Assembly: GCA_036276755.1 (NCBI GenBank)
Contig: DASUOG010000005.1
Location: 13,777-77,776, forward strand
Length of the DNA stretch: 64,000 nt
From: Candidatus Saccharimonadales bacterium
GTDB lineage: Bacteria > Patescibacteriota > Saccharimonadia > Saccharimonadales > 2-12-FULL-41-12
Reading direction: 5' to 3'
Below, piece after piece: positions 9,677-19,376 of this stretch. Under the pieces are notes generated by a model. That model was not told the origin of the DNA. It made no database searches and saw nothing but the letters and a program-made list of their open reading frames with translations. Position 1 is the stretch's first letter, and each line of letters begins with the position of its first letter. The position numbers and the translations under genes are program-made.

Positions 9677-11272
9677 ATGTTAAAGACTCTTTTGATTTAT
9701 TTGCCGCTTTCAATCATCGGCCTGTGGCGCTGGACTTTCTGGCTTATACGAGTGGCCGGAGCGCGCATGTACCGGCCGCGTTACACCAGATGGCCTCATG
9801 GTAAGGCGAAATTGAGCGTGAGCGTCGTGACGCCGGTCTATAACGAGGACGAAAAGTTGTTTAAGATGGCGGTGGATTCATGGATAAACAACGGGGTCAA
9901 TGAAATAATTGCCGTCATCGATAAAGCGAACAAAAAGCTGATTACAGATTTCCATCGTCGTTACGGGAAGGTACCGCAAGTAAAGACAAAGCTTATCGTA
10001 ACCCCGAAAAAGGGCAAGCGCGCGGCTTTATGCGACGGAATTATGCATGCCAAGGGCGATATAATCGTTCTAGCAGACTCGGACACTATATGGGATAAAG
10101 ACGTGGTTAGGAACACACTGCCCCATTTTCTAGATGAAGGCATAGGCGGTGCAACAGTAACCCAGAGGATATCCAACCCGCATACGCTGAGCAATGTCCT
10201 GTTCGATATCCTGCTATGGACCCGCTATAAAGAAGAGGTGCCTTTCATGCTTGGGCTTGGCAGGGTCTTTAACACATTGTCCGGTCGGACAGCTTTTTAT
10301 AGGCGGGAAGCCCTGCTGAATGACGAATACGACAACCTCCACGACCTTAGACATGAGAAGTTTTTCAGAACAAGAGGAGTATCCGGTGACGACAAGCGGT
10401 TGACGCATCTGATTTTAGAACAAGGCTGGCACATATCCTTCGTTAACAATGCCACGGTATATACTGCCGGCCTGAACAATATGAAATCTTTTTTGAAACA
10501 GCGCTTGCGGTGGGTACGTAACTCATGGCGGGCCGATTTAAGGGCGCTCAAACGCGGCTGGGTCATGCAACACCCGGTCTTAGCCATCCATATGATAGAC
10601 AGGTTTATCCAGCCTTTCTTCATGCTCTTAGGGCCGGTGGCGTTTGTTACTGCCATAATCATTCAACAGTGGCCGGTGGCCATTATCCTCGGCCTGTGGT
10701 GGCTCATCAGCCGTCTTATCCGACTGTTCGGCTATTTCAGACTGTATCCGAGAAGGCTTGTCTATCTGCCGGCGTATATCATATACAGCTATATAAATGC
10801 CCTTACCAAGATCTACGCCCTTGCAACCCTGCTAGAACAAGGCTGGGTAACGCGCTGGCACAAAAGCCGTATGAAAAAGCATATACTTAGGAAGGTAACT
10901 ACGCCGATGGTCGGAATGGCGGCACTGGTGCTTTTGCTAACCGGCCTGCTCAACTTCGTAAAACAAGTTAACGTCGAATCAGGTGCCAGTCTTGATATTC
11001 CGCCAGCTGTCAATGCGGCCGAATTCAGTTTCGATGAACAGGAACTGGTTTTTATAGGCATTCCTACGCAACCTGAGCTTCCGAACGGCGCGGTACTACC
11101 GACGGAAGTGAAGACCTATGTCATCAGGCCCGGAGATACCATCAATAGTTTATCGGCGAAATTCGGTATGAGCATCCCGGACATCAAACGTTTGAATGGA
11201 ATCAGCGATCCCGATAAAATTTCTGCCGGGCAGACTATTCTTTATTATAAAAACGCAGGTGTTTCAGAATGA
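9677..11272 (+). CDS. processive family-2 glycosyltransferase (HAS/NodC/Alg8-like synthase) with C-terminal LysM domain
   Basis: N-terminal TM helix then VVTPVYNED. LADSDTIWDKD (DxD motif). QRLRW processivity motif. C-terminal TM bundle. C-terminal LysM sequence YVIRPGDTINSLSAKFGMSIPDIKRLNGI. Confidence 0.8.
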   Translation: MLKTLLIYLPLSIIGLWRWTFWLIRVAGARMYRPRYTRWPHGKAKLSVSVVTPVYNEDEKLFKMAVDSWINNGVNEIIAVIDKANKKLITDFHRRYGKVPQVKTKLIVTPKKGKRAALCDGIMHAKGDIIVLADSDTIWDKDVVRNTLPHFLDEGIGGATVTQRISNPHTLSNVLFDILLWTRYKEEVPFMLGLGRVFNTLSGRTAFYRREALLNDEYDNLHDLRHEKFFRTRGVSGDDKRLTHLILEQGWHISFVNNATVYTAGLNNMKSFLKQRLRWVRNSWRADLRALKRGWVMQHPVLAIHMIDRFIQPFFMLLGPVAFVTAIIIQQWPVAIILGLWWLISRLIRLFGYFRLYPRRLVYLPAYIIYSYINALTKIYALATLLEQGWVTRWHKSRMKKHILRKVTTPMVGMAALVLLLTGLLNFVKQVNVESGASLDIPPAVNAAEFSFDEQELVFIGIPTQPELPNGAVLPTEVKTYVIRPGDTINSLSAKFGMSIPDIKRLNGISDPDKISAGQTILYYKNAGVSE

Positions 11273-12858
11273 TTAAGAACAAGAATGGCAAGCGGAGAAC
11301 TTTTCGCAGAAACCTCAAGCCGACGATGGTTATCATATTCATTCCCGTGTTGCTGGCCATGTTCGTGTTCTACTATATCTTCAGTGACAGCTTCAAAGCT
11401 TATCTGGCCCAACGCGGCAGTGAAAGACTCATTACCGAAAACTGGCCGGTAGCGAGAGATACGCTGGCGGCAGAACAGCCTAATTACGAACCAAAAAACG
11501 CTTATTATAAGATGAAGGAACGTCAGGATCTTACTTGGGCAGCCGAGCATTTCGGGGTCAGCCTTGCGGAGCTGAAAAAGCTCAACCCGGGCTCTATAGT
11601 TTACGGCACGACGATTATCGTTCCCCCTGTGCAAAAACCACTGAGTGAAGAGCCAAATCTCTCTAATTCTTTAGGTAGAGCCCAAGTCAGAGTGGATAAG
11701 AACGGCTTCATACAAGTCGTAAACGAATTCAGCAATGAGGAAATTAATCTGACCGTTCCCAAACTTGCTAGTCTGCTGGCCTCGCAAAACGCCATAGAAA
11801 AAGTCGGCGATAAGCACTACCGAGTACTGAAACCTATTTATTTGTTAGATAACTTCAGACTTGATATAACTTCTGATACGGTTGAAAAACTTGAACTTTA
11901 CAGCGGCCCCGACTTTGATACCACATGTCTCTGTTTTGAAAATTCAGCGATACTTATCAAGGACGTTGAAATAACCTCATACGATCCTAGCACCAAAGGT
12001 CCGGATACCGAACATAAGGACGGCCGAAGCTTCATAAGAGCTTTGAAGTCGAGTCGCATGGACGTGCTAAACAGCCGGATAACTTATCTGGGAGAAGGAC
12101 TTTATGACAAAAATAACCGCAAACCGATCATGGAAAACGGCGGCACGTACGGGATATCCTGGAGAATTCCTGACGGTACGCTTGGCAGTGAGATAGCGAC
12201 CGGCTGGGTTGAAAACAGCACGTTCGAAAAGAACCATTTCGGCGCCTATACCTTCGGTGTGTCCGGAATGATGTGGCGTGGTAATACCTTCGTGCATAAC
12301 GATGTGTATGGCCTGGACCCGCATGATGACAGCAATAGTGCTACAGTTGTCAATAACAAGTTCCTCGAGAACGGCAAGCATGGCTTCATCGTTTCAAAGC
12401 GTTGCAACTTCAATGTCATACGCAATAATATCTCCAGTGGTAATAAATTGCATGGCTTTATGCTTCACCAGGATTCCGTGCATAACCTGATCGAAAACAA
12501 TATAGCCGAGCGCAATACCGACAATTTTGTCATCTATGCTTCCAGCTTCAATGCCATCAGAGACAACAAAAGCTATGACGCCTCAGGCAGCCATGTACGT
12601 ATCAATGAATCCTCAAAACAAAACTACGTCATAAACAATGAATTCCATGGTGGGAACAAAGGGGTGTATATTTACGGTAACAGCCTTAACGTCCTTGTAG
12701 TTGGCAATAAGTTCGCGAATAATAAAGAAGCTGTCGTCACGCGGGGCGCTCGTAACGTGATAATCGTAGACAACTTTATAAGAAGAGTAAGCTATAATAT
12801 ATCTCCCGGAGATAGGGTTATTTTCGGGCCGAACGATGTTAACCGCAGCTTACAATAG
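11269..12858 (+). CDS. membrane-anchored right-handed parallel beta-helix protein (polysaccharide epimerase/lyase-like) with N-terminal LysM-like module
   Basis: ATGA start/stop overlap with the upstream GT2 gene. N-terminal TM helix and a LysM-like segment (LTWAAEHFGVSLAELKKLNPGSIVY). The C-terminal half has reiterated N-x-x-x-N-N beta-helix (PbH1) repeats, e.g. NNKFLENGKHGF, RNNISSGNKLHGF, IENNIAERNTDNF, NNEFHGGNKGVYIY, VVGNKFANNKEAV. Confidence 0.7.
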   Translation: MIKNKNGKRRTFRRNLKPTMVIIFIPVLLAMFVFYYIFSDSFKAYLAQRGSERLITENWPVARDTLAAEQPNYEPKNAYYKMKERQDLTWAAEHFGVSLAELKKLNPGSIVYGTTIIVPPVQKPLSEEPNLSNSLGRAQVRVDKNGFIQVVNEFSNEEINLTVPKLASLLASQNAIEKVGDKHYRVLKPIYLLDNFRLDITSDTVEKLELYSGPDFDTTCLCFENSAILIKDVEITSYDPSTKGPDTEHKDGRSFIRALKSSRMDVLNSRITYLGEGLYDKNNRKPIMENGGTYGISWRIPDGTLGSEIATGWVENSTFEKNHFGAYTFGVSGMMWRGNTFVHNDVYGLDPHDDSNSATVVNNKFLENGKHGFIVSKRCNFNVIRNNISSGNKLHGFMLHQDSVHNLIENNIAERNTDNFVIYASSFNAIRDNKSYDASGSHVRINESSKQNYVINNEFHGGNKGVYIYGNSLNVLVVGNKFANNKEAVVTRGARNVIIVDNFIRRVSYNISPGDRVIFGPNDVNRSLQ

Positions 12859-12909
12859 TTGTGAATTATTATATCCCCCCCAAGTGTTCGGATATTTTAG
12901 GATAGTTTT

Positions 12910-13854
12910 ATGTTCTCAAAGATTACACATAACTTGAGCCGTGGCTTAAACAGAGGGTTACTGCAAAACTTTCGTCGCAGGATGTCCAGCAAGAAAGCTG
13001 TGATGATTATCGTTTTGGTTTTTTTAGGCGTTTTTATAACCGGTTATCTGACTTCTGCAGACAAGCCGGAAACTTCCAGCATGTCCGGAGAGGATGCTTA
13101 TACGAACGAAACAAGCAATAATACGGCTTCAGAGGAACCCAACGCGGGTGTCCAACCGGGTACATCGGCGGTTTCAAGCCGGATCCCTCCAGCCCTCACG
13201 CCGGCGCGGATAATCAATTTGAATAACTGGAAACTGACCCTACCGATAAACACCGGATATTCAGGCAATCCGGATGAGATTAAGCAACCCGCGTTGACAA
13301 AATTCACTAAACCTCCCTATTTCCGGGTAAACAGCGCGAAAAATGGCGTGATATTCAGAGCTCACACCGGCGGGGCTACTACCTCAAATTCAGGCTATCC
13401 GCGTTCCGAACTGCGCGAGATGCGAAACAACGGCAGACTCAAAGCCAGCTGGTACGGCGGCAGAGGCTCGCATACCATGACCATCCGCCAGGCTATAACT
13501 CATCTGCCCCGTGTCAAACCTCATGTGGTCGCCGGTCAGATACATGATGCCTCGGATGACGTGATGATGATCAGGCTGGAACGCAAACATTTGTTCGTGG
13601 AGTCCGACGGTGACAACGTAGGTACTTTGGACAAGAATTATTCCCTAGGCAAAGCATTCACCGTGAAGGTACACGTCTATAAGGGCAAGATAACCGTGTA
13701 TTACAACGGATCAAGGAAGGTCTCCTTAAGCGGCAAAGGTTCCGGTTATTACTTTAAAGCCGGATGTTACACGCAAAGCAATCCAAGCAAAGGCGACAGC
13801 CCCAGCGATTACGGCGAAGTGACCATTTACTCATTAAACATCCGCCACACATAA
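12910..13854 (+). CDS. polysaccharide lyase family 7 (alginate-lyase-like) protein, membrane-anchored
   Basis: Contains the three conserved PL7 blocks RSELRE, QIHD and YFKAGCYTQ in the expected order. N-terminal signal-anchor helix. Confidence 0.75.
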   Translation: MFSKITHNLSRGLNRGLLQNFRRRMSSKKAVMIIVLVFLGVFITGYLTSADKPETSSMSGEDAYTNETSNNTASEEPNAGVQPGTSAVSSRIPPALTPARIINLNNWKLTLPINTGYSGNPDEIKQPALTKFTKPPYFRVNSAKNGVIFRAHTGGATTSNSGYPRSELREMRNNGRLKASWYGGRGSHTMTIRQAITHLPRVKPHVVAGQIHDASDDVMMIRLERKHLFVESDGDNVGTLDKNYSLGKAFTVKVHVYKGKITVYYNGSRKVSLSGKGSGYYFKAGCYTQSNPSKGDSPSDYGEVTIYSLNIRHT

Positions 13855-14004
13855 GCCTAAAACAAAAACAACAGGGGTAAGCATAAGCATAAAATATATT
13901 TGCATTATTGTAAATTTCACACTTTTATTTATTTTACCGGAGTATTATAGTTCCACCACAAGGTATGGTTGGGGACCTGTAAGGTAAATATAAGGAGGGA
14001 CAAA

Positions 14005-14532
14005 ATGCAAAAAGTCAAAAAGACAATCAAGACTGCACTGGCTAGCTTACTGCTTGCAGGTGCTTTTGCCGTGCCGGCATCCGCCAGCACAACCAATACA
14101 AATACTACTACTGTAGATAGCAACAATTCTACGGACAAAAGCAAAACATACAATCTCGAAGAATGTGCCGGGATTGTTAATACTACCGTCAACCAAGAAC
14201 AAGACGTTGACGCCGATAACGAGCAGGATAACGACGCTGATAGCGCCGGCCTTATCAATATCGGTAACGATCCTGAACAAGACAACGAAGGCAGCGCATC
14301 CGCTAACGGAAGCCAGTCTTCGAGCGTCAACTTCAGCCCGGACTGCAGCGAAGTTACTAACGTAACCAACGTAAACGAGTCCCAGGTCAGCAAGACCCCT
14401 TCGGGTGGTGTTGACTCCGGAGCCGGCGGTGCATCCGAAGCTGTAGCAACCAGCTCTATCTTGGGTCTTATCGGCTCGGTAGCAGCTCTTGGTGCAGGAG
14501 CAGTATTACGCCTTCGCGGTGTAGAGCTTTAA
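14005..14532 (+). CDS. secreted acidic low-complexity protein with C-terminal hydrophobic anchor; probable sortase substrate
   Basis: AGGAGG RBS lies 7 nt before the ATG at 14005; the ORF-track start at 13969 is rejected. Signal peptide MQKVKKTIKTALASLLLAGAFAVPASA. D/N/S/T-rich body. C-terminus has a hydrophobic stretch followed by RLRGVEL. No canonical LPXTG is present. A sortase gene lies immediately downstream. Confidence 0.6.
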   Translation: MQKVKKTIKTALASLLLAGAFAVPASASTTNTNTTTVDSNNSTDKSKTYNLEECAGIVNTTVNQEQDVDADNEQDNDADSAGLINIGNDPEQDNEGSASANGSQSSSVNFSPDCSEVTNVTNVNESQVSKTPSGGVDSGAGGASEAVATSSILGLIGSVAALGAGAVLRLRGVEL

Positions 14533-14553
14533 GCGAGGGAAAAAAGGATAGCA

Positions 14554-15447
14554 GTGTTTCAACTGTTCTCGCAAAAAGGCAAAAGTGGACGGACCTCTAA
14601 AAAGGACCGTCCGCTTTTAAAATCTACTAAAACCGTCAAGCTGCGTATTTTCAAACGACGCGTTTTGAGTTTCGGCTTTTATAAATCAAGGAAACCGGCC
14701 GTAGGGCGGATCGATAAAACAACTAAATTTATTATTAGTTTCTATTTGTTTTCCAGGTTTATAGAAGCCAGAATTTCTTATAAAAAATACCCGTATCAAG
14801 GGTTGCGCTACACCAATAGCCTCAATCCGCTTCATTTGATATCGATAATATTGTTATTTGCCGGTATCGGGGGAATGATCTATTTCGGATTTGACATAAA
14901 CAAACCGTATGAGATAAAGCCTGTGAGTTTGGCAGTACCTGTGTTTGAACAAGCCGAACAAAAACCGGCGATCCGACAAGGCCTTCCCTTCTCCAAACCC
15001 AAACATATCAAGATCGACCGCGTCGGTATCGACTATCCGGTCATGGAAGTCGGTCAGAAAAAGGACGGAACCATGGAAACTCCGCCGCTTTTTAAAGACG
15101 TAACCGGCTGGTACAAACACGGTCCCAGCCCGGGTGAAGTCGGCCCCGCTATAATCGTCGGCCATGTCGATACCTACAAGGGGCCGTCAGTCTTCTGGCG
15201 TTTGCGTGAGCTTAAAAGCGGCGATGTCATAACCGTAACCCGCGAAGATAAATCAGTAGTCAGGTTTAAAGTAACCGGCCTGCAACAATTTGAGCAAAAC
15301 AACTTTCCTACCAAGAAGGTATACGGCAATACTAAGGGTTCTGAACTCAGGCTGATAACCTGCGGCGGTACGTTTAACAAACAGACCCTGCGTTACTCGG
15401 AAAACACGGTAGTGTTTGCCACAATTATCAACCATAACAACACATAA
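14554..15447 (+). CDS. sortase family transpeptidase (class E/F-like)
   Basis: N-terminal TM anchor. Catalytic His in AIIVGHVDT, TLxTC motif as LRLITCGG, and the conserved Arg in RYSENTVVFA. Confidence 0.8.
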   Translation: MFQLFSQKGKSGRTSKKDRPLLKSTKTVKLRIFKRRVLSFGFYKSRKPAVGRIDKTTKFIISFYLFSRFIEARISYKKYPYQGLRYTNSLNPLHLISIILLFAGIGGMIYFGFDINKPYEIKPVSLAVPVFEQAEQKPAIRQGLPFSKPKHIKIDRVGIDYPVMEVGQKKDGTMETPPLFKDVTGWYKHGPSPGEVGPAIIVGHVDTYKGPSVFWRLRELKSGDVITVTREDKSVVRFKVTGLQQFEQNNFPTKKVYGNTKGSELRLITCGGTFNKQTLRYSENTVVFATIINHNNT

Positions 15448-15461
15448 GCGTTACTTAATAT

Positions 15462-16175
15462 CTAGCGCCAAGGGTCCGGTTCGTCGCGATAAAGCCCTCC
15501 TCCGGGCGTACTGATAAATCCGTCATCGGCCCTAAGCCAGGCAGGCTCCGGTTCCGGATGGTTCCACATTTCATCGATTTCCCATTTGCTCTTTACTTCA
15601 CTACCATTGATGGTCGCTACGGCTGATAATGCCAAACCGCTGCCGGAAATCTCTTTTGCTAACGCTTGCTCATCCAAGCCGGGCAAGCCTCGTCCAAGGG
15701 CGACATTAAGCCTTCTATCGGAATTATGGCTGTCTAGGACCGGGGCATCGACTTGGCTTATACCTCTTGTGCCAACCCCTATTTCTTCTATGCTTGCGGA
15801 ATCCACTACACCGGAAATAACCATTATTCCCCCTCCCGTCCTGACAATTCCGGGTTTTTCATACGGTATTTCCTTTAGCGGTTTCTGACTTATGCCGCTG
15901 AACCTTACGGTTACAAAGCCGTTATCATCAATGTTATCGAAGCCGTATCGTATCATCAGTTCTATAGCTTCCGGGCTAAGGCCTCTCAGCTCTCGGGTAA
16001 ATTCGTTTGGCAGCGGGCGCCTGCGCCTAGGCTCTTTCCTTGCCGGGTCCTTGCCTTCTACCTTGGCCTCAATCGCTTCCCAGTCTATGGGCGCGTGTTT
16101 TCTTCCATGGCTTGGCTTTCCCGGCCTTCTACCTCTGTTAGTGCTGTGTTTCCTGCTATTGTTTTTTCTCGGCAT
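15462..16175 (-). CDS. hypothetical protein with highly basic N-terminal tail
   Basis: 237 aa. N-terminal 60 aa are rich in R/K/P (RKHSTNRGRRPGKPSHGRKH). No recognisable catalytic motif. Confidence 0.4.
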   Translation of the reverse strand: MPRKNNSRKHSTNRGRRPGKPSHGRKHAPIDWEAIEAKVEGKDPARKEPRRRRPLPNEFTRELRGLSPEAIELMIRYGFDNIDDNGFVTVRFSGISQKPLKEIPYEKPGIVRTGGGIMVISGVVDSASIEEIGVGTRGISQVDAPVLDSHNSDRRLNVALGRGLPGLDEQALAKEISGSGLALSAVATINGSEVKSKWEIDEMWNHPEPEPAWLRADDGFISTPGGGLYRDEPDPWR

Positions 16176-16306
16176 AATCTGACTAAATTTGCTTTATTAT
16201 ACACTTTATATACTAACTTGTGAAATAGTGCAAATTAGCTTCAATAAATGTTTCTTGCTGGAATGGTAGGATTTTCGTCGACCGGACCGGTTGCCAATTA
16301 TTATTC

Positions 16307-16380
16307 TGGCTTCCGGGCTTGGACTCGAACCAAGATTGCTGGGACCAAAACCCAGTGTCCTACCATTAGACGACCCGGAA
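16307..16380 (-). tRNA. tRNA-Gln (anticodon TTG)
   Basis: Reverse complement folds as a cloverleaf. Acceptor ttccggg/cccggaa, anticodon stem ctggg/cccag with loop ttTTGgt, T-arm cttgg-ttcgagt-ccaag, and an encoded CCA. Confidence 0.85.
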
Positions 16381-16436
16381 CCATTTAGGCGATGTGCGGT
16401 CAATATTGTAGCAGTTTTGCTAAAATAAGCTAAGTT

Positions 16437-17270
16437 ATGCGCAAGCTAGAATATGCCGGCAATCGGCAAACAAAAACGCGGAGAACGCACAAAATATCAG
16501 TGGTTATCCTGGCAGTGCTTATCGCAGGCATAACATTCGTGGTGATGCATAGGCAGGCTACCGCACCCGAACCACGTGCACCAGTGCAAACCAGTACAAA
16601 TATGCCAAAAACAGATATGGGTCGTAAAGGGTTTAAAACCTTCAGCGGCAAGGAATTTGCAAGACTTTACGATTCGTTCGTGTACCCGAACACGCTGATG
16701 ATCAACGAGGATACTCCTATAACAGGTAATGCAGAGGCGGACAGTAAGTTAAGAGAACTAGCCGAAAAACGCGGTTATAAACTGCGCAGTGCGCCGGTAA
16801 CCGATACCTTCGTTGAAATTCAAACGGACATGCTTCTGCAAAGGCTGGCTGCCTTGGACTGGACAAAGCTGAATAACCGTGCCAAAAAAGCCGGGTTAAA
16901 CCTGCTACTTACCGACGCTTACCGGTCCGCCAAGGACCAGAGAGCTATTTTCTTGCAACGGATAAAGAGCATCCCTGTCGAATCCATCGCCAGCGGAGAA
17001 GCCGATGCCCGCATAAACGGTGTGCTGGCAACCACTGCTTTGCCCGGCTATTCGCGGCACCATACAGGCTACAGCGTCGATATAGCTTGCAAAAATGACC
17101 CTGCAGTCAAGTTCGAGGATTCCAAATGCTTCCTCTGGCTTAGTAAGAACAATTATTCCAATGCCAAAAAATCGGGCTGGATTCCCAGCTATCCCGAAGG
17201 TGCCGGACGGCAAGGTCCTGACCCCGAGGCATGGGAGTATGTATGGGTGGGAACGGACGCGCTTAAATAA
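16437..17270 (+). CDS. D-alanyl-D-alanine carboxypeptidase, VanY/M15 peptidase family
   Basis: Signal-anchor helix. M15 family zinc motifs SRHHTGYSVD (SxHxxGxAxD) and a C-terminal EAWEY region (EPWH-like). Confidence 0.75.
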   Translation: MRKLEYAGNRQTKTRRTHKISVVILAVLIAGITFVVMHRQATAPEPRAPVQTSTNMPKTDMGRKGFKTFSGKEFARLYDSFVYPNTLMINEDTPITGNAEADSKLRELAEKRGYKLRSAPVTDTFVEIQTDMLLQRLAALDWTKLNNRAKKAGLNLLLTDAYRSAKDQRAIFLQRIKSIPVESIASGEADARINGVLATTALPGYSRHHTGYSVDIACKNDPAVKFEDSKCFLWLSKNNYSNAKKSGWIPSYPEGAGRQGPDPEAWEYVWVGTDALK

Positions 17271-17315
17271 ACCGTTTATGATTGCTTAAATTTGAATTTG
17301 TTAATATTTTATTAG

Positions 17316-18230
17316 TTGATGACACCAAACCAAAATAATATAACCGCGCTGAACATCCACCGGTTAAGAGGCAGGATGCTGCGTTTGCCGGCGCCTAAGA
17401 ACAAGAAGCGCGAAATATTGCTGGTTTACGGACACCATGCGAGTTTAGAGCGTATGTTCGGTATTGCCGCAAACCTTAACCGACACGGGGCAATAACCAT
17501 TCCCGACCTGCCCGGCTTCGGTGGGATGGAAAGCTTTTACAGAATCGGGTTACAGCCGAGTCTAGATAATTATGCCGATTACCTGGCCGCATTTATAAAG
17601 CTTCGCTATAAAAAACGAAAGATAACCATCATCGCCATGTCTTTTTCCTTCTTGATAGTTACCAGGATGTTGCAGAAGTACCCGGACATCGCTAAAAGAG
17701 TCGACCTGCTCGTAAGTTCCGTGGGATTTGTGCATCACGAAGATTTCAGCCTGCCGAAATACCAGCAGATCGGACTAAGGATCATGGGAACCGTCTTCCA
17801 GCACAAACTGCCGGCGTTTCTTATGCGCTATACGATTCTGCAGGGGTTAGTCATCAAGGCTTTTTATAGCTTCATCGGTGTCAGCCACAGTAAAATGCAG
17901 GATGCCGGCGACAAAAATGTAAAGAAACAAAGGATAAAGGCCGAAATAAAGTTATGGCACATCAACGACTTAAGAACCCGCATGAAGACAATCGCCGATA
18001 TGTTCAAAGTGAATCTGTGCGACAAAACGATCGACTTGCCGGTGCATCATGTTCATGTCGATGGGGATAGGTTTTTGAACAACAGGGTGGTCGAACAGCA
18101 TATGCGTATCATCTACAAGGATTTCATCGGGCTTCAAACGGATATCAAAGGACATATGCCCTCAATCGTCGCAACTGCCGAAGATGCCGAGCCGTTCGTA
18201 CCGAAAAAACTGAAGAAACTGTTAAAATAA
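17316..18230 (+). CDS. alpha/beta-hydrolase fold protein
   Basis: LLVYGHHASLE and DLPGFGGME are typical of alpha/beta hydrolase N-terminal regions. 304 aa. Confidence 0.45.
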   Translation: MMTPNQNNITALNIHRLRGRMLRLPAPKNKKREILLVYGHHASLERMFGIAANLNRHGAITIPDLPGFGGMESFYRIGLQPSLDNYADYLAAFIKLRYKKRKITIIAMSFSFLIVTRMLQKYPDIAKRVDLLVSSVGFVHHEDFSLPKYQQIGLRIMGTVFQHKLPAFLMRYTILQGLVIKAFYSFIGVSHSKMQDAGDKNVKKQRIKAEIKLWHINDLRTRMKTIADMFKVNLCDKTIDLPVHHVHVDGDRFLNNRVVEQHMRIIYKDFIGLQTDIKGHMPSIVATAEDAEPFVPKKLKKLLK

Positions 18231-18242
18231 ACTGAGCTTGAT

Positions 18243-19376
18243 ATGAAAATCGGTATCGTATGTCCATACAATATATTCAAGGGCGGCGGCGTACAGGAGT
18301 ATGCTCTCGGCTTACGCAACAGCTTGGTCGCTAACGGTCATAAGGCTTTTGTGATTACCCCGCAGCCTATGGATTATGACGGGCCGAAAGTACCGGGTAT
18401 CATCATGATCGGCGGCGCGGCCCCGATCAGATCATTCCACACATCCGCTCAGGTTTCCGCCTCGGTCGACACCGATGCCCTGGAGGCGGTCTTACGCGAA
18501 CAAAATTTTGATATCCTGCATTTTCATGAGCCTTGGGTACCGATGCTGTCCCGTCAAATACTATCGAGATCGGACGCCATCCATATAGCGACCTTTCACG
18601 CCGCGATGAGTGAGAGATGGACTGCAAGAACCTTGGAGAGGGTCATAACCCCCTACACCAAATCAATCCTCAAATATCTGGACGTATTGACGGCCGTATC
18701 ACCGGTCGCGACCAATTATATAAAAACCCTTACGCACCGTAAAATTTATATTATTCCCAACGCCATAGATATTGAGAAATACCAGCAGAAAGACAAGCAA
18801 GCGGCCAATCCGCAAAAGAACAAGAAGACCATACTCTATGTCGGAAGATTAGAAAAAAGAAAAGCCGTAAAGTATTTGATCCAGGCTTTTGGCGCGATAA
18901 ATCAGGTGCACAAACGCTACCATCTCATCATCGCGGGAGAAGGTCCCGACCGGGACAGGCTGGAAGAACAGATCAAGGAGTCCGATATCAACAACGTCAC
19001 ATTCCTTGGCCACATAGATGAGGCGGAAAAAATCAATTTGCTGCAGAGCTGCGATGTCTTCTGCTCCCCGGCCATGTACGGAGAAAGTTTCGGTATAGTG
19101 CTTCTGGAAGCAATGGCAGCGGGCTGCGTAACCGTCGCCGGTGCCAATGCCGGATACGAAAGCGTATTGACCGGCAGCGGTCAGATTTCACTGGTCAATC
19201 CTAAGGACACCAAGGATTTCGCAAGACGGCTTCTGCTTATGGCTTCCGACGACGGCTTAAGGCAACATTGGCTGGGTTGGGCCGAAAACGAGGTCAGTAA
19301 ATACAGCTATCAGAACATAGTGAACCAATACATGAAGCTTTATGAGCTGGCCTATACCAAAAAACACCATGAATAA
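18243..19376 (+). CDS. glycosyltransferase family 4 (GT-B fold)
   Basis: EX7E motif region GESFGIVLLEAMAAGCVTVA in the C-terminal half. 377 aa. Confidence 0.8.
   Translation: MKIGIVCPYNIFKGGGVQEYALGLRNSLVANGHKAFVITPQPMDYDGPKVPGIIMIGGAAPIRSFHTSAQVSASVDTDALEAVLREQNFDILHFHEPWVPMLSRQILSRSDAIHIATFHAAMSERWTARTLERVITPYTKSILKYLDVLTAVSPVATNYIKTLTHRKIYIIPNAIDIEKYQQKDKQAANPQKNKKTILYVGRLEKRKAVKYLIQAFGAINQVHKRYHLIIAGEGPDRDRLEEQIKESDINNVTFLGHIDEAEKINLLQSCDVFCSPAMYGESFGIVLLEAMAAGCVTVAGANAGYESVLTGSGQISLVNPKDTKDFARRLLLMASDDGLRQHWLGWAENEVSKYSYQNIVNQYMKLYELAYTKKHHE

Noticed and set aside
16206-16403. 65-aa minus-strand ORF
   Set aside because: It is entirely overlapped by tRNA-Gln (16307–16380) and its flanks.
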